DNA of 64,000 nucleotides from the human T2T-CHM13v2.0 reference genome, Homo sapiens: assembly GCF_009914755.1 (NCBI RefSeq), contig NC_060937.1; one strand, given 5' to 3'. The notes under the pieces were generated by a model. It saw nothing but the letters and a program-made list of their open reading frames with translations, was not told where the DNA came from and ran no database searches. Position numbers and translations under genes: made by a program. Below, in pieces: positions 1 through 13,389 of the stretch; within the stretch, counting starts at the first letter, position 1, and each line of letters opens with the position of its first letter.

Positions 1-1135
1 TCTCACATTTCTTTGAAATACTTAAACACATTTTAGTTTCATTTTAATTAATTTATTTATTTTTATTGTATCACTTGATGTATTTGGCTTAGTGGTTGCT
101 CTCTATATAGTCATATACAGGTTTAACTTATTACAGACTATTGATGTTAATGTTTTACTTATTCAAGTGAAGTGTTGAAATCTTTTCATTTTTGTTCATT
201 TCTCTTTCCCATTTAAAAAACAATTGGCAAGTCTTTCCGCAACATATATTGAGTACACATCAGTTAGCATCATAGCTTTTCCTTCAACTCTAACATATGA
301 TTTAAAAATCTCAGGAGGAGAATAGTCTGTTATGTTTACAGACTCGTTACCTATTTTATTGTTCTTTCATTTCTGAAGTTTACAGCCTTATTCTATTTTC
401 GTTTTATTTCTGTTTCTTGAGCTTCCTATTGCCATTTTAAGGATAGTTTTGCTAGCAACAAATTCTTTTTTTTCCTGCTGTCTGATAATGTCTTTATTTA
501 TTTACTTTTTCATTGCTAAAGGATAGTTTCACTGGATATAGGATTTTGAGTTGACAGTTCTTTTATTGCAGCACCAAAAGACATCATGTCAATTCCTTCT
601 GAACTCCTTTGTTTCAGATGAGAAATCGGCTGTAGTTCAATTTGGTATTCCTTTTTAAGCAATGACTTATTTCTTATTCTCTTTATAAAAAATAATTTTT
701 GTCTTTGCAGATATTTCCTTATTATGTGATTTATTCTGCTTTTCTTTGGGCTTATTCTTGATGGAAACGTAATCTGTTATGAAATTTACTCAGCTTCCTG
801 TATTTACAAATTTATGTTTCCCCAAATTTAGGAAGTTTTCAGCCATTATTTCATTAAATACCTTTTGAACTTTGTGCTTTTTCTCTTTCCTTCTAAGAAT
901 ATTGATGGTAAGAATGTTAGATTTTTTTTTTTATTTTCCTGTAGATCCCTGAGATCAGCTCATGAGTTGTCTGAAAATTTATTGTCTATATTTTTTCAGA
1001 CAGAGTGAATTATATTAATTTGTTATCAACCATAGTAATTCTACCTTTTTTATTTCCATTCAATCATTCAACTGTCGAGGCTACACGCAAGATTTTTTTT
1101 TACTGATTTTTGTTAATTTAAGTTTCATATTTTCA
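1..1135 (-). mobile_element. Ancient L1M (L1MC-like) ORF1-region fragment; outer element of an L1 nest
   Basis: ggatagtttcactggatataggattttgagttgacag and gtttcagatgagaaatcggctg resemble antisense L1M ORF1; the sequence continues at ~6012. Confidence 0.7.
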
Positions 1136-1149
1136 TGTAGTGCTTTAAT

Positions 1150-2465
1150 TTAAAATCAAACTGTTTATTCTGAGATAATTACAGATTCACATGCATTTGT
1201 CAGAAATAGTACAAAGACATTTTATATACTCTTTTCCCAGGATTCTACAATATTTGTACCTTGCAAAACTGGTACACTATCACAACAAGAATGTTGACAT
1301 TGGACAAAGTACAAACATTTCAATTACCAAACCGATTTTTAGATTGCCCTTTTATGTGTCCAATTCCTTCACACTCCCACTCCCTCTTCAAACCTCTTCA
1401 AGCATTCATTTTTATAATTTCATGATTTCCATTTGTGATTTTGTCATTGAGTGTTTGACCTTTTAAAACTGGTGATTATACTCAGCATAATTCACTAGAA
1501 ATTTGTTTTTTTTTCCTTTGCTAATTCTAGGTTGTTGCATAGATTAGTCCTTGTTTCCTTTTTATTGATGAGAAATGTTCCATGTTTTTTATGTACCAGA
1601 GTTAAACAATTCATTCACTGAAAGACCTCTGAGTTGTTTACAGTTTTTGGCTTTTGTTAATAAAGCTAGTATAGACATTTGTTTATGGGATATTTGTAAA
1701 CATAAATTTTTCATTTTGCTAGGATAAATGCCCAGAAAAGTATTTACTGTGATGTATGGTAAAGTCATACTTAACTTTTTAAGAAGCTGCCAAAATGTCT
1801 TGTAGATTATCAGTATAATTTTATATTCCTATTAGCAATGTATGAGAGATCTTACTAATCTTCACCAGCATTTGATGTCATCACTTTTTAAAGCTATTCT
1901 GCCAAGCATGTACTGATATCTTGTTGTAATTTTATTTCCATGGCCTTAAGTGCTACTGAGATTGAACATATTTTCATGTGTTTATTTACCATGTGTGTAC
2001 ATATGTATATTTTCCCTTCTTTGCTGTGATGTCTTTTTTTTTTGCCTATTTTGTTTGTATTGTTTCCTTTTTTCCCTTAGCTACTCTGTTTTGAGTATTC
2101 TTTTTATGTTCTAACCTCTATTCCATTGGATATGTGGTTTGCAAATATTTTCTTTCCAAATGCAAAGTTTGTCTTTTTATATTCTCAGTACACTCTTTTG
2201 CAGAGCAAAAATAATTAATTTCAATGGAGTACACCGTTTTTCAATTTTATGGATTATTATTTTGGGCACCAAGTCTAAGAACTCTTAGCCAGCACAAGAT
2301 TCTAAAAATTTCCTATATTTTTCTTTTAAAGTGCTATGTTTTACATTTAGTATATGTAATTTTTGACCTTATTCTTGTATAATAAGTTAGGCTTAAATAA
2401 TAAGTTATTCTTGTATAATGAGTTTGCCTATGGATGTTGAATTGCTATAGCACTGTTTGAGGAAA
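1150..2465 (-). mobile_element. L1MC1/L1MC2-like 3' end and ORF2 tail
   Basis: gagataattacagattcacatgcatttgtcagaaatagtaca...cttgcaaaactggtacactatcacaacaagaatgttgacattg matches the antisense L1MC1-type 3' UTR. Confidence 0.75.
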
Positions 2466-2486
2466 GTTGTATTTAAAAGTACATAA

Positions 2487-5400
2487 TTATTATTTTTATA
2501 AATGACAGTTAATATTTTATGGTTTTATTATGTACAACATGATATTTTGAAGTACATATTGTGGAAAGGTTAAATTTAGCCAACTAACAAATGCATTGAC
2601 TCACATATTTATTATTTTTGTGGTAAGAGCATGTAACATCCACTCTCTTTACATTTTTCATAAATACAATGTTTTCATTAAGTATAGTCACTTTGCTGTA
2701 CAATAGATTTCTTGAAAAGCATCCCTCCCCTCTAACTGTAAGTATGTGTCCTTTAACTAAAATCTTCCAATTTCCCTCTCACTTTTAACCACCTCAACTT
2801 CTGGTAACCACCATTCTACACTCTACTTCTACATGACCAATTTTTGTGATTTTTACATATGAATGAGATTACATGTAATTTGTCTTATGTGACTGGTCCA
2901 CTTTACGTAACATGATGACCTCCAGGTTCATCCATGTTGGGGCAACTGGCAGGATTTCATTCTATTTGTGGCTGAATAGTATTCCATTGTGCATGTATAC
3001 CACATTCTATTTATCCATCTCTTGAGGAACACTTAGGTTGATTCCATGTCTTTGCTATTGTTAATAATGCTGCAATAAACATGGTAGCGCAAATATATCT
3101 TCAACATACTAATTTCAATTCTTTCATATATATACTTTGTAGTGGAATTTCTGGGTCATATGGTAGTTCTATTTTTTATTTTTTGAGACAACTCCATACT
3201 GCTTTCTGTAATGTCTGCACTAATTTACATTCCCACCGACAATGTATAAGGATTCTCTTTTCTCCACATCCTCACTTCAGCTTGTTATCTTTTGCATGTT
3301 TGATAATGATCATTTTAATTGGGGTGAGAAAATATCTTACTGTGATTTTAATTTGCATCTCTCTGATGACTAGTGATGTTGAACATTTTTCATATACCTT
3401 TGGCCAATTGTATGTCTTCTTTTACATAAGGTCTTTTAGGTCTTTTTCCTGTTTTTTAGTGGGATTTTTTGCTATTGAGTTGTTTGAGTTTTTTATATAT
3501 TTTGGACATTAGTCCCTGGTCAGATGTAGAGTTTGTAAATATTTTCTCCCATTTGGTAGGTTGTTTTTTAGCTCTGTTGATTGTATCTTATGCTGTGCAG
3601 AAGGTTGTTAGTTTGATGTAATGTCATGTCTATTTTTGCTTTTGTTGCCAATGCTATTGAGGTGTTATCTAAAAAATTCTTACCCAGACCCATGTTATGA
3701 AGTATTTTCACTATGTTTTCTTTGAGTAATTGCATAGTTCCAGGTCTTACACTTAAGTCTTTAATCCACTTAGAGTGGATTTTTGTATATGGTGAGAGAT
3801 AGGGGTTTATTTCATTCTTCTGCATGTGGATACCCATAGCTTTATCAACACTGATTATTGAAGAGACTGTCCTTTCTCCAAGCTGTGCTCTTGGCACATT
3901 TGTTGAGTATAAGTTGGCTGTAAATTGGGGATTAATTTCTGGGCTCTCTTGTATTCCATTGGTCTGTGTCTATTTATATGCCACGACCATTCTGTTTTGG
4001 TTATTATAGTTTTTAGAACACTTTGAGTTCAGGTAGTGTGATGCTTTCAGCTTTGCTCTTTGCTAAAGATTGATTTAGCTGCTCAGATGTTCTGTGGTTC
4101 CACAAAAATTTTAAGACTGTTTTTTCTATTTCTGTGAAAAATGCCATTGGTATTTAGATAGGAATTTCATTGAATCTGTAGACTGCTTTGAGTTGCATGG
4201 GCTTTTTAACAATATTAATTCTTCCAATCCATGAATGTGGCATGTCATTCAATTTACTTGTGCCATCTTCAATTTCTTTCACAAATGTTTTATATTGCAT
4301 AGTTTTTGTTATAGAGATATTTTACCTCATTGGTTAAATGTATTCTTATGGATTTCTTTTGGAGCTAGTACAAATGAGATTATTATTTTTTTTTGTTCAG
4401 ATAGATCTCCATTAATCTGTAGAAATTCTATTGATTTCTGCATTTTAATTTCATAACTCACAACTTTATTGAACTTGTTTATTAGTTCTAACAGCTTTTC
4501 AGTGCCATGTTTAGGGTTGTCTATATATAAGATCATATTGTTAGCAAACAAACAATTTAACCTTCTACTTTCCAATTTGGATGCTTTTTATTTCCTTTTC
4601 TTGTCTAATTGCTCTGGCTAAGACCTCCAGTACTATGCTAAATTGGAATGGTAAAAGTGAGTATTCTTATCTTTTTCTAGATCTTAGAGGAAAAGCTTTA
4701 ACTTTCCTCATTCAGTATTATATTAGCTGTGGGTTTGTATATGTGGCCTTAATTATGTTTAGGTACAGTCCTTCTATAACTAATTTGTTGAGAGTTTCCA
4801 TTGTGAAGGAATGTTGAATTTTGTTAAATTTTTTTGTGTCTATTGGAATAATCATATAGATTTTGTCCTTCACTCTGTTAATATGGTTTATCACATTTAT
4901 TACTTTGTGTATATTGAATAATTCTTGCATTTTTGTGATAAATCTTCATCATTTCCAATAACCATTTTAATGTGCTGTTGAATTTGATTTACTAGTTTAT
5001 TGTTGTTGTTCTTGTTGTTATGTTCACCAGGGATATTAGCCTGTAGTTTTGTTTTGCTTGTGTCCTTGTCTTTCTTGTGTTTTGGAATCAGAGTAACATT
5101 GTTCTCGTAGGATGGGTTAGAAAGAAATCTCTCTTTTTCTATTTTTTAATATAGTTTGAAAAGAAGTGATATTAGCTCTTCTGTAAATGTTTGATGGAAT
5201 TCAGCCATGAAGCCATCAGGTCCTGGGCTTTTCTTTAATAGTTGAATTGTTGTTACTGATTCAATCTCCATACTCATTGGTCTTACTGATTCAATCTCCA
5301 TACTCATTGGTCTAATCAGATTTTTTTTCTTCATAGTTCAATCTTGGTGGCTTATATGTGTCCAGGAATTTACCTAGTTTTTTGAAGTTTTCCAATTTGT

Positions 5401-5570
5401 TGGTGTATAATAGGTCATAATAGTTTCTTACAATCCTTCGTATTCCTGTGGTATTAGTTGTAATATCTCCCTTTTTATCTCAGATTTTATTCATTCGAGA
5501 TCTCTCTTTTGCTTGTTTCTTAGTTTAGCAATAGGTTTTTCAGTTTTGGTTATCTTTTCAAAAAAATCAC
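2487..5570 (-). mobile_element. 5'-truncated L1MA (L1MA5-8 like), ~3.1 kb, decayed ORF2
   Basis: L1MA 3' UTR at 2490-2900. ORF2 peptides in the ORF track: NPYLSPYTKIHSKWIKDL, LFANNMILYIDNPK..KLLELINKF (decayed RT FADD), [42 protein letters not shown]. Confidence 0.93.
5253..5313. repeat. Perfect 30-bp tandem duplication inside L1MA
   Basis: ttactgattcaatctccatactcattggtc at 5253-5282 and 5283-5312. Confidence 0.97.
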
Positions 5571-6010
5571 TCAGCCTTAGCTGACATAGATAGAGGTAGA
5601 GCTACATTTTTATTATAGGGTGTTTGGTTGTTTTTTTCTAAATACTTTCTGTCATTCTAAGCTGGCTTTTTCCTGATTTGTTTGTTTGTTGTTTGTTTGT
5701 TGTTTGTTGTTGTTGTTATTGTTTTTCACTACAGAGGGCTAGCTTCTGTTAGGGCATTTGCTATTTACATATATGGGCATTTCAAGTTGCTGGATACTTC
5801 AGGACCTATTTTGGGAAACGTGAAACAATAAGAAAACTCTGAAACTCACCACCATGTTGTTTTCAGGTCACGCAGGCCTTACCCAGTCTGACCATTCTCT
5901 CCAATGTTCAGTTTTCATATGTCAGTTTTATATATAATGTCCAAGTTCATTGTACTTAGGGGAGAAATAAAAATAGTACTAATATTTCATTTTCTTGGAA
6001 GTGGAAGTCC
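5571..6010 (-). mobile_element. L1MCa-type 5' end (5' UTR)
   Basis: Reverse complement starts ggacttccacttccaagaaaatg...ctaagtacaatgaacttggacattatatataaaa...aacatggtggtgagtttc, matching the L1MC 5' end. Confidence 0.75.
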
Positions 6011-6011
6011 C

Positions 6012-7252
6012 CTGTTTGTTTCTGTCTTATAATATGTTTTTCTTTTTCTTTGATGCAAGTTTTTACTTTTTGTTCGGTTTAAGGAAATGTGGAATTAATT
6101 GCTGAAGCATTTTTTGGATGTCTGATGTAAAATCCTTATCAGATAATATCTACATCATGTTCTTATATTGGTGTTAGTTTACTGTCTTTCTCATTCAAAT
6201 TGAGGTTTTTCTGATTTTTCACATAACAAGTGACTGATTTTCACCTGTGCTTTGAACGTTTTGGTGATTATGTTAGGAGACTCTTGATCTTATTTCAATT
6301 ATTTATTTTAGTAGGCAGTCCTCAGTTTTGTAGCCAGTTTTGTTGCTGTTTCACTGATTGTTTCATTTTCTTCCCCTAAGCAAAGCTATTCTACTCTGCT
6401 TCATTTGTTTGGTGCTCCAGGGGGTCCTGTCCAATCCCCGTTGGTGCCACCTCCAGAGACAGAAAGAACTTAAATGAGCTTCCTGTCAACAGTGGGAAAT
6501 CTTTGGAGGGAAGTGGTCATAAGCCACTGGGCCTGGGTCTCTTCATAGAAAGCAGGGAGATGCAGGGCTTTGCAGCTGCTGCAGCTGTTGAAGGACCGGT
6601 CTGGTTACTGGTAACCTAGTTGTAGCACAGGGTCCAGAACAAACCATGAACCCTTGGCCACTACAGCTGCTTATCCATTCATCCACTCACCAGGTCTGGG
6701 TTATGAAGCTTGGCCTGGGATGGTCAGGGCATCACTGTGATTTTTGTCAGATTCATCAGTTGTTTCCTGGATGTTGCGCAGAGACAAGGATGCCTTCAGC
6801 ATTTATTGTTACTTCTTATACTAATGAATAAGATCATCAACATTGACCAAATTTTTACCTGACACTGCTTCAGGTTTCCAGTTGAGTCAGAACTGGGATT
6901 CTCTGCTGGGTCTCTGTTGGGCTTCCGCTTTCTAGATCCTTTATAAAGCCAGAAAGAATAGACTATTCTTATTTGAGTTTTTTGTTGTTATTTCATTGTT
7001 GTTGTTCTTTTGCTTAGGACTATCAGTGATTTGGTGTTGCACTTTCCAGTCCTGGGATATTCAAAAAGAAAAACAAAACCCAGAAAATTCACCACATTGT
7101 ACTTCTTCAATTCCTGAGGTCCAAGACAATCTGCTGGCTTTCAGAGTTTTAAAAAAAATCCATTTAATAATTTCCTCGGTATTCAGTTGTGTTTAGAAGA
7201 CATGAGTAGAAAAATAATAAGTCTATACACTCTTGAGTAACAGAAGTGACCA
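6012..7252 (-). mobile_element. L1MC-like 5' UTR and ORF1 start; continuation of the element at 1-1135
   Basis: gctgaagcattttttggatg...aaaatccttatcagataata is antisense ORF1; 7040-7250 is a second L1MC-type 5' terminus similar to 5800-6010. Confidence 0.65.
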
Positions 7253-7303
7253 CAAAGATACATCAAAATATGTTTTGGTCACTTCTGTTACTCAAGAGCG
7301 TAT
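7225..7303. repeat. Inverted repeat / hairpin: 28-bp arms (27/28 paired), 23-nt spacer
   Basis: atacactcttgagtaacagaagtgacca (7225-7252) vs tggtcacttctgttactcaagagcgtat (7276-7303). Confidence 0.95.
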
Positions 7304-7674
7304 TCCAAGATAAATAAATCTGCTGTATCTTGGCAGTACAAGCCCTTTATCATTTATTTTTCTTCAAACTAGACAATGTGAGACCCTTTGAGATTTTCTC
7401 CAATTAGCCCTATTAGTACTGCAGTGTTATCACAAACTAGAAAATATTTTTAAACTCTTGGTGTTGTTTTTGTGTGTTGGCTTTATGGCAGTATAAATTA
7501 TCTCCTGTAATTTTGTGTGTTTAGACTATTTATTTATTTAAACCTTTTCCCTTTCCTGTAGACACAGATTTTCAATTTTACATGGTTTTCTGTTTCTTTT
7601 ATTAGGTATCAGGAAAATGCTCATTTCGTGAACATGTGTAAATAATGCAATATTGCATTATACACTCACTTTAC

Positions 7675-8140
7675 AGTGATTTATTGAGCACTTTTAGTCT
7701 CATCATTAATCTATTGTATTAGGGTGATAAAAATAAAATAATTCTTTAAGAAAGGCACACAATTACTAAGCAATTAAAATGCATGTTATAATTCCAGGTA
7801 CTTCTAAAGAATATTTAGGATAGGATAATAAATTATAATAGGGGAAGATGCCTGCTTTAACAAGAATTAACTGGAAATACCTCTCTGGAGAAGGGATGAC
7901 TGAATAGAAAGTATGTAATGATTTCATGAAGACTTGGAGAGAAGGATTCCAGTTAGTTGTTACAGTATATGCAAAGTCTCTGTGTTAGGAAAGAACATGG
8001 CCAGTGCCAGGGTCAGCCTGAGTTTCAGTAGGGAGTAAGCCAGTGGAGTCGTCAAGGGGAATACAATTTTAAAAGTAGCCAGGAACAGAGCACATAGGGC
8101 CACAGAGATTTATTTTACCTGAAATCCTAATATGCTTATT
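7675..8140 (-). mobile_element. L2 3' fragment
   Basis: tttattgagcac start; gaaggattccag...tatatgcaaagtctctgtgttaggaaagaacatggc resembles antisense L2. Confidence 0.65.
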
Positions 8141-8749
8141 TTTGTGTATTTTTATTTTGTACCTTATTATACAGGTTGCATTAAAATATATCCTGAAAAA
8201 AGGCAGAACTTTAAAAATAGCTAAAGCACTAGTTAAGTCACTATCTAAAACATATAATGAGTCAATATTCCCTTTATTATATTTACATTCACATAGGTAA
8301 GTCTTTCTCACCAGACTGACGTATCCATAAAGACAGTTACGTTGTATTGCAGAGAAGCATGCTAGCTATGTACATGGTCGTTTCAGTTAAACTAAGGTGA
8401 TTTGAATATCAATAAAATAATAATCAAAAATTAATTACATATTTATTATTAGTTAGATGTTGTGATAGATGAAATAAGAGAAACATATGTTTTAATCTGT
8501 ACAAAGATCGGCACGATATATTAGACATAGTATTCTTATATCTCGCAATATGGTTCAAATAGCTGTTGAAAACAAAAAAAAATGCAAATGATATATAAAT
8601 AAATAAATTTTTAAATGCATCTATGAACTAGCAAAATAAAGTAAGGAGCATCAAGGCCAAAATCTAAAAGAAAGCTATAACTCAGAGATATAAAACAAGC
8701 CATGTAGTTGACATTCACCTTGAAGGTATTTGTCAAATTTAGTGAAATC

Positions 8750-9850
8750 ATGAGTAGTTTTTCATAATGTCTCAAGTCTTGGAGGTTGGCAGACAAAGCC
8801 TAGGTCCCATACATAGTGGGAAAACTAATAAAAAACGTTGACAGTCTGGTGCCCAAAGACTACTTTCTTATAAATTTGAATTAACTCTGTCTATAAGCTC
8901 TTTGTCTCCACTTCCCTAACCATCACTGGATTACTAGAATTTTATCTTTGGAACTGACCATAAAATGCAAAAATAAATGGAAAAACATCTCACATAAGAA
9001 ATCTTCAACATAAACCAGAGATAAAAAGTGTTGTTACACTAAATTCATGTAATATACGTTTTCCAGAAAAACAGCCTAAACATGTGGTTTATTATTCCCA
9101 GGTGGCTGACCTTAAATTTCTGACAGAAACAAATATAAATAATTTCTGGAGGAAATTATTCTTAAACCAGCCTTTTTTAAAAAAAGAGATTGAATACATA
9201 CCTAAATACACAAACCTAAAGAATTCCTATATGAATAGTAATTTACACAAGAAAAATAATTATAGCTAAAAGCCTAGTCTTATTTTATACATAAAATCAT
9301 AGACCAATTGATCATCAAAATGAAACATCTGATATGTCTTAGTAGTCAGTTCAACCTAATTTAAACAACAGCAACAACAAAAAGCTACAGACATATAGCA
9401 AATTTGCTAAACGGAATTAAAGTTTTTAAATTTTTAATCTCTTAGCTATGTACAAGTCTGAAAGCAACAGTTATAGAAAAACATATGACATGCTTGTGAA
9501 AATTACTTGTGCAATATTTAGAGTTTATGTGATAGAACACACTTATTTCTTACAATATAAATAAGTTATGTGTCAAAATATGATTAAAATAGTGTACACA
9601 GTATGGATGATCCTTTTCTTCAACCATAAATCAAATAGAAAATAGAAAATTAAATAGAAATCATGATCAAATAGAATGGAAATTAGAAAAAAATTACAAC
9701 TAACTCACAATCATGAATATATTACATATTGCAACTTTAGAGAAATACCAAAATAATCTAATATATGTAGTCTTCAATGCTTGTATTTAAAAAAGAAAGG
9801 TCAAAAAATAGCAAAATATTAATCTCAAGAAGACAGTAGAAGAATCAGTG
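8750..9850 (+). mobile_element. Highly decayed L1M/L1ME fragments
   Basis: A-rich sense L1-like sequence, e.g. gaatggaaattagaaaaa and aatgcttgtatttaaaaaagaaaggtcaaaa. Confidence 0.45.
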
Positions 9851-9889
9851 AAATAATTGTCTTAGGTTAAAAAAAAAAATCAGTTTTGT

Positions 9890-10170
9890 GGCATCTGATT
9901 CTGGGTAGATATTCCTGGTTGCAAGGAGGCACCCTGCCAGATAGTGGCTCCAGAATTCCTTAAATCCAGTTACCTGAGTCCAGCCAGTGGAAGGGAAAAG
10001 AAAGCACAGAGAAAGCAGGCCCCTTTTTGAAATCACTTTGGCCTTAAACAGGGGCAGAAACGCTTGCTCACATGTTTCTGGCAAGAACTAATCACATGGT
10101 GTTCCTGCCTGGGCAGCTGCTTACAAGTGCTGTCTGTATTTGGGTGATTTTTTGTCAGCTCTGCCAAATT
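9890..10170 (-). mobile_element. Old MLT1 (MaLR) LTR fragment
   Basis: gctcacatgtttctggcaagaactaatcacatgg resembles an MLT1I/J/K motif. Confidence 0.5.
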
Positions 10171-11073
10171 CTATGAATGCAAGGTTTGTTTCTCATTACA
10201 AAATAAATTAAGAGAAAGCAAATACATACAGATTACAGATGTTTTTATTATAAACTTTGGGTTACTATGGCAGTAATTTGAACATTTACAGAGAAGAGTG
10301 TTTGCCGTAGACCCATGTTATGTGGCAGGTGCTTGTCCAGACAGGCCACTGTGCTGAGTTTGAACAGTCATATCTGCTTTACCCAGACACCAAATTACAG
10401 AAGATTGTGGCAGTTGATTAACTAAGTACTGAAATGGGAAAATAATGTAGCAATAATTTGTTAAAATTTACAAGTTTATTAATATTTAAGGTACTCCTGA
10501 AAAAGAAAATCAACTTACCAAGTTTACACTCCTGGATACTGGGACTTGTTACAAAGCTAATGTTAGTGTAATATTGGCTTCAAAAGGGACAAGGAGGAAA
10601 AATGGAATACAATAGAGTTCAACCAGACTCATGCATTTGAAGACATTGAGTTTTTAACAAAGATGGACTACAAAGCAAAAAGAAAAAATAAAATTTTCAG
10701 TGAATGGTGTTAAATCAGTTGAATATCCCAATGAGTGAAAACAAACAAACGTCAGCAACAACAAAAAATAACCTTGACTCTTATTTCACTCTATATGCAA
10801 ATAATAAATTTTAGCAGGACTGAAAACAGAACAAGAAAAGTAAAACAATTAATCTTTTAGAAGATAATTTTGGATATTATTTTCATGACCTCAGAGTAAG
10901 CAAAGAGTACTTACAAGAGCCTAAAAAACTAATACTTAAATGATAAGTTAGATTTCTCTTAAAAATTATGAAAACTGTTGTTCTTGGAAAAACTTTAAAA
11001 TAGTAAGAAATAGACATACAAAGCCATGTGGAGGTAATATATCTGCGATGTGTATAATAATATCCATTAACAT

Positions 11074-11464
<391 letters not shown>

Positions 11465-11487
11465 TCACGTAGAAACTCTCATGAACT

Positions 11488-11812
<325 letters not shown>

Positions 11813-11865
11813 GAGACTCTCGTAAACATAATTTTAAGGGAAAGAAGCTAGAAATTAAAGCAGAC

Positions 11866-11928
11866 TATATATATATATATATATGCGCATATATATATGC
11901 GCATATATATATATATATGCATATACAC
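11866..11928. repeat. (TA)n microsatellite with two GCGC interruptions
   Basis: tatatat...atatgcgcatatatatatgcgcatatat...atgcatatacac. Confidence 0.95.
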
Positions 11929-12174
11929 CTCAAATTCAGGAAAAAACAATTATGTGAAAATGTAGTACATTGGTTTTCTCTGTACTGGAAGTAAAAAATA
12001 GTGATTGACCAGGGGCATCAATGAGCTTCTTTGAGGGTGATGATAATATTGTGTTTCTTCACCTGAATAGTATTTTCATGGGTGATGATTTATTGTGCCA
12101 TACATTTATGTTTTACACACTTTGGTTCATGTGTATCTTAATTAAATATGTGGTTGATTTGCTTTATGCAATTG

Positions 12175-12610
12175 AAGATTAGGTCAGATTTTGCTGTAAG
12201 CAATATTTGATTATTGAATCACCAGTGTTAAGAAGGAATATGTTTCTTTTCATTTCTAATCTCCATATATTGATTACTGCTTTATCCTAAGAAGCCATGG
12301 CTGCAATATTTCTTTTAGCATCTCACAGAAGTACATTTGTCATGCTTCTTGTTTGACAAAATGAGAGTAGCTTTCTCCTACCTTACACAAAATATATCCT
12401 GAGATTCAGAGTGATTGATTTGTGTCACATGCTCATCTCTGAACCAAATGGGGAGACAAAAGGAGAAAATAAAATGACTGGCGTCACGTAGCTCTAGGCC
12501 TGGCTGTGTAATCAGACTCAACGCCATCACTTGATGCCTTGATATGAATAGAGGGATGCTGGGAATGGATGATGGGAAGAAAAGTTGTTAGAATTCAACT
12601 AACAGGTGTC
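12175..12610 (-). mobile_element. Old MLT1 (J/L-like) LTR fragment
   Basis: gtgattgatttgtgtcacatgctcatctctgaaccaaat resembles an MLT1J motif. Confidence 0.45.
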
Positions 12611-13389
12611 CCATTTAGAAATTATAGGTAAGAAAATAAATGGACTCTTGATATTTTAAGTTCCAAGTGGATTTGGCCACTATGTTCTCAAATTCAGAGT
12701 GGATCAAATAATGATATTTTGGTATATTTAACCTTATGATCTCACTCATTTAAAAAATGAGATTTTAAGAGTTTATATAATGTAAAATGAAGTAAATTGA
12801 TATATGTTAGAAATCATTTCATTATACTCTTAAATGACTCTTAGAAAATACATTACAGTATTTATCCATGCTCAATTCCATTAAATGGGAAATATTGCTA
12901 TAGAAGAATTAAATGTGAGGTTAACAAATTTAATTCACATAGGAAACATTTATATTCTACCAAATTAATGTAACATTCAACACTTGGTGTAAAGAGTGAC
13001 CACATTAGTGGCATTAATGAACTGTGTGTAACTAAGATATCTTTTCACACTAGAAAGTGCTCCTAATTTATTGACATTTTCATGAATTAACCAGGAGTCA
13101 CATTCTGAGTAAATTGGCCAGAAAAAAACTGGTCATACTATTAAGTTTCAGAATCCAGGTACTTCGAATCATTATTTGGTTTCTACCTTATGAAAAGAAT
13201 AATCGCAAATAATAAGATGAAATAGGCTTTTAAGAAAGTGTGTGTAATACCTATTTAAATACATTTGTGATATTTAAATAAAATTAAATAAAATATTTAA
13301 ATAAAAATTTTCAAAACAGCAAATGAGTACAGAATCAATGTACAATTTCTATGTAATTAAGGGGTCTATGTGCTTCATAGAACAATATT

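Noticed and set aside
3081-5334. ORFs of up to 143 aa
   Set aside because: Broken L1 ORF2 pieces or their antisense frames; not a gene
13250-13310. Repeated tatttaaata palindromes
   Set aside because: Low-complexity AT-rich sequence
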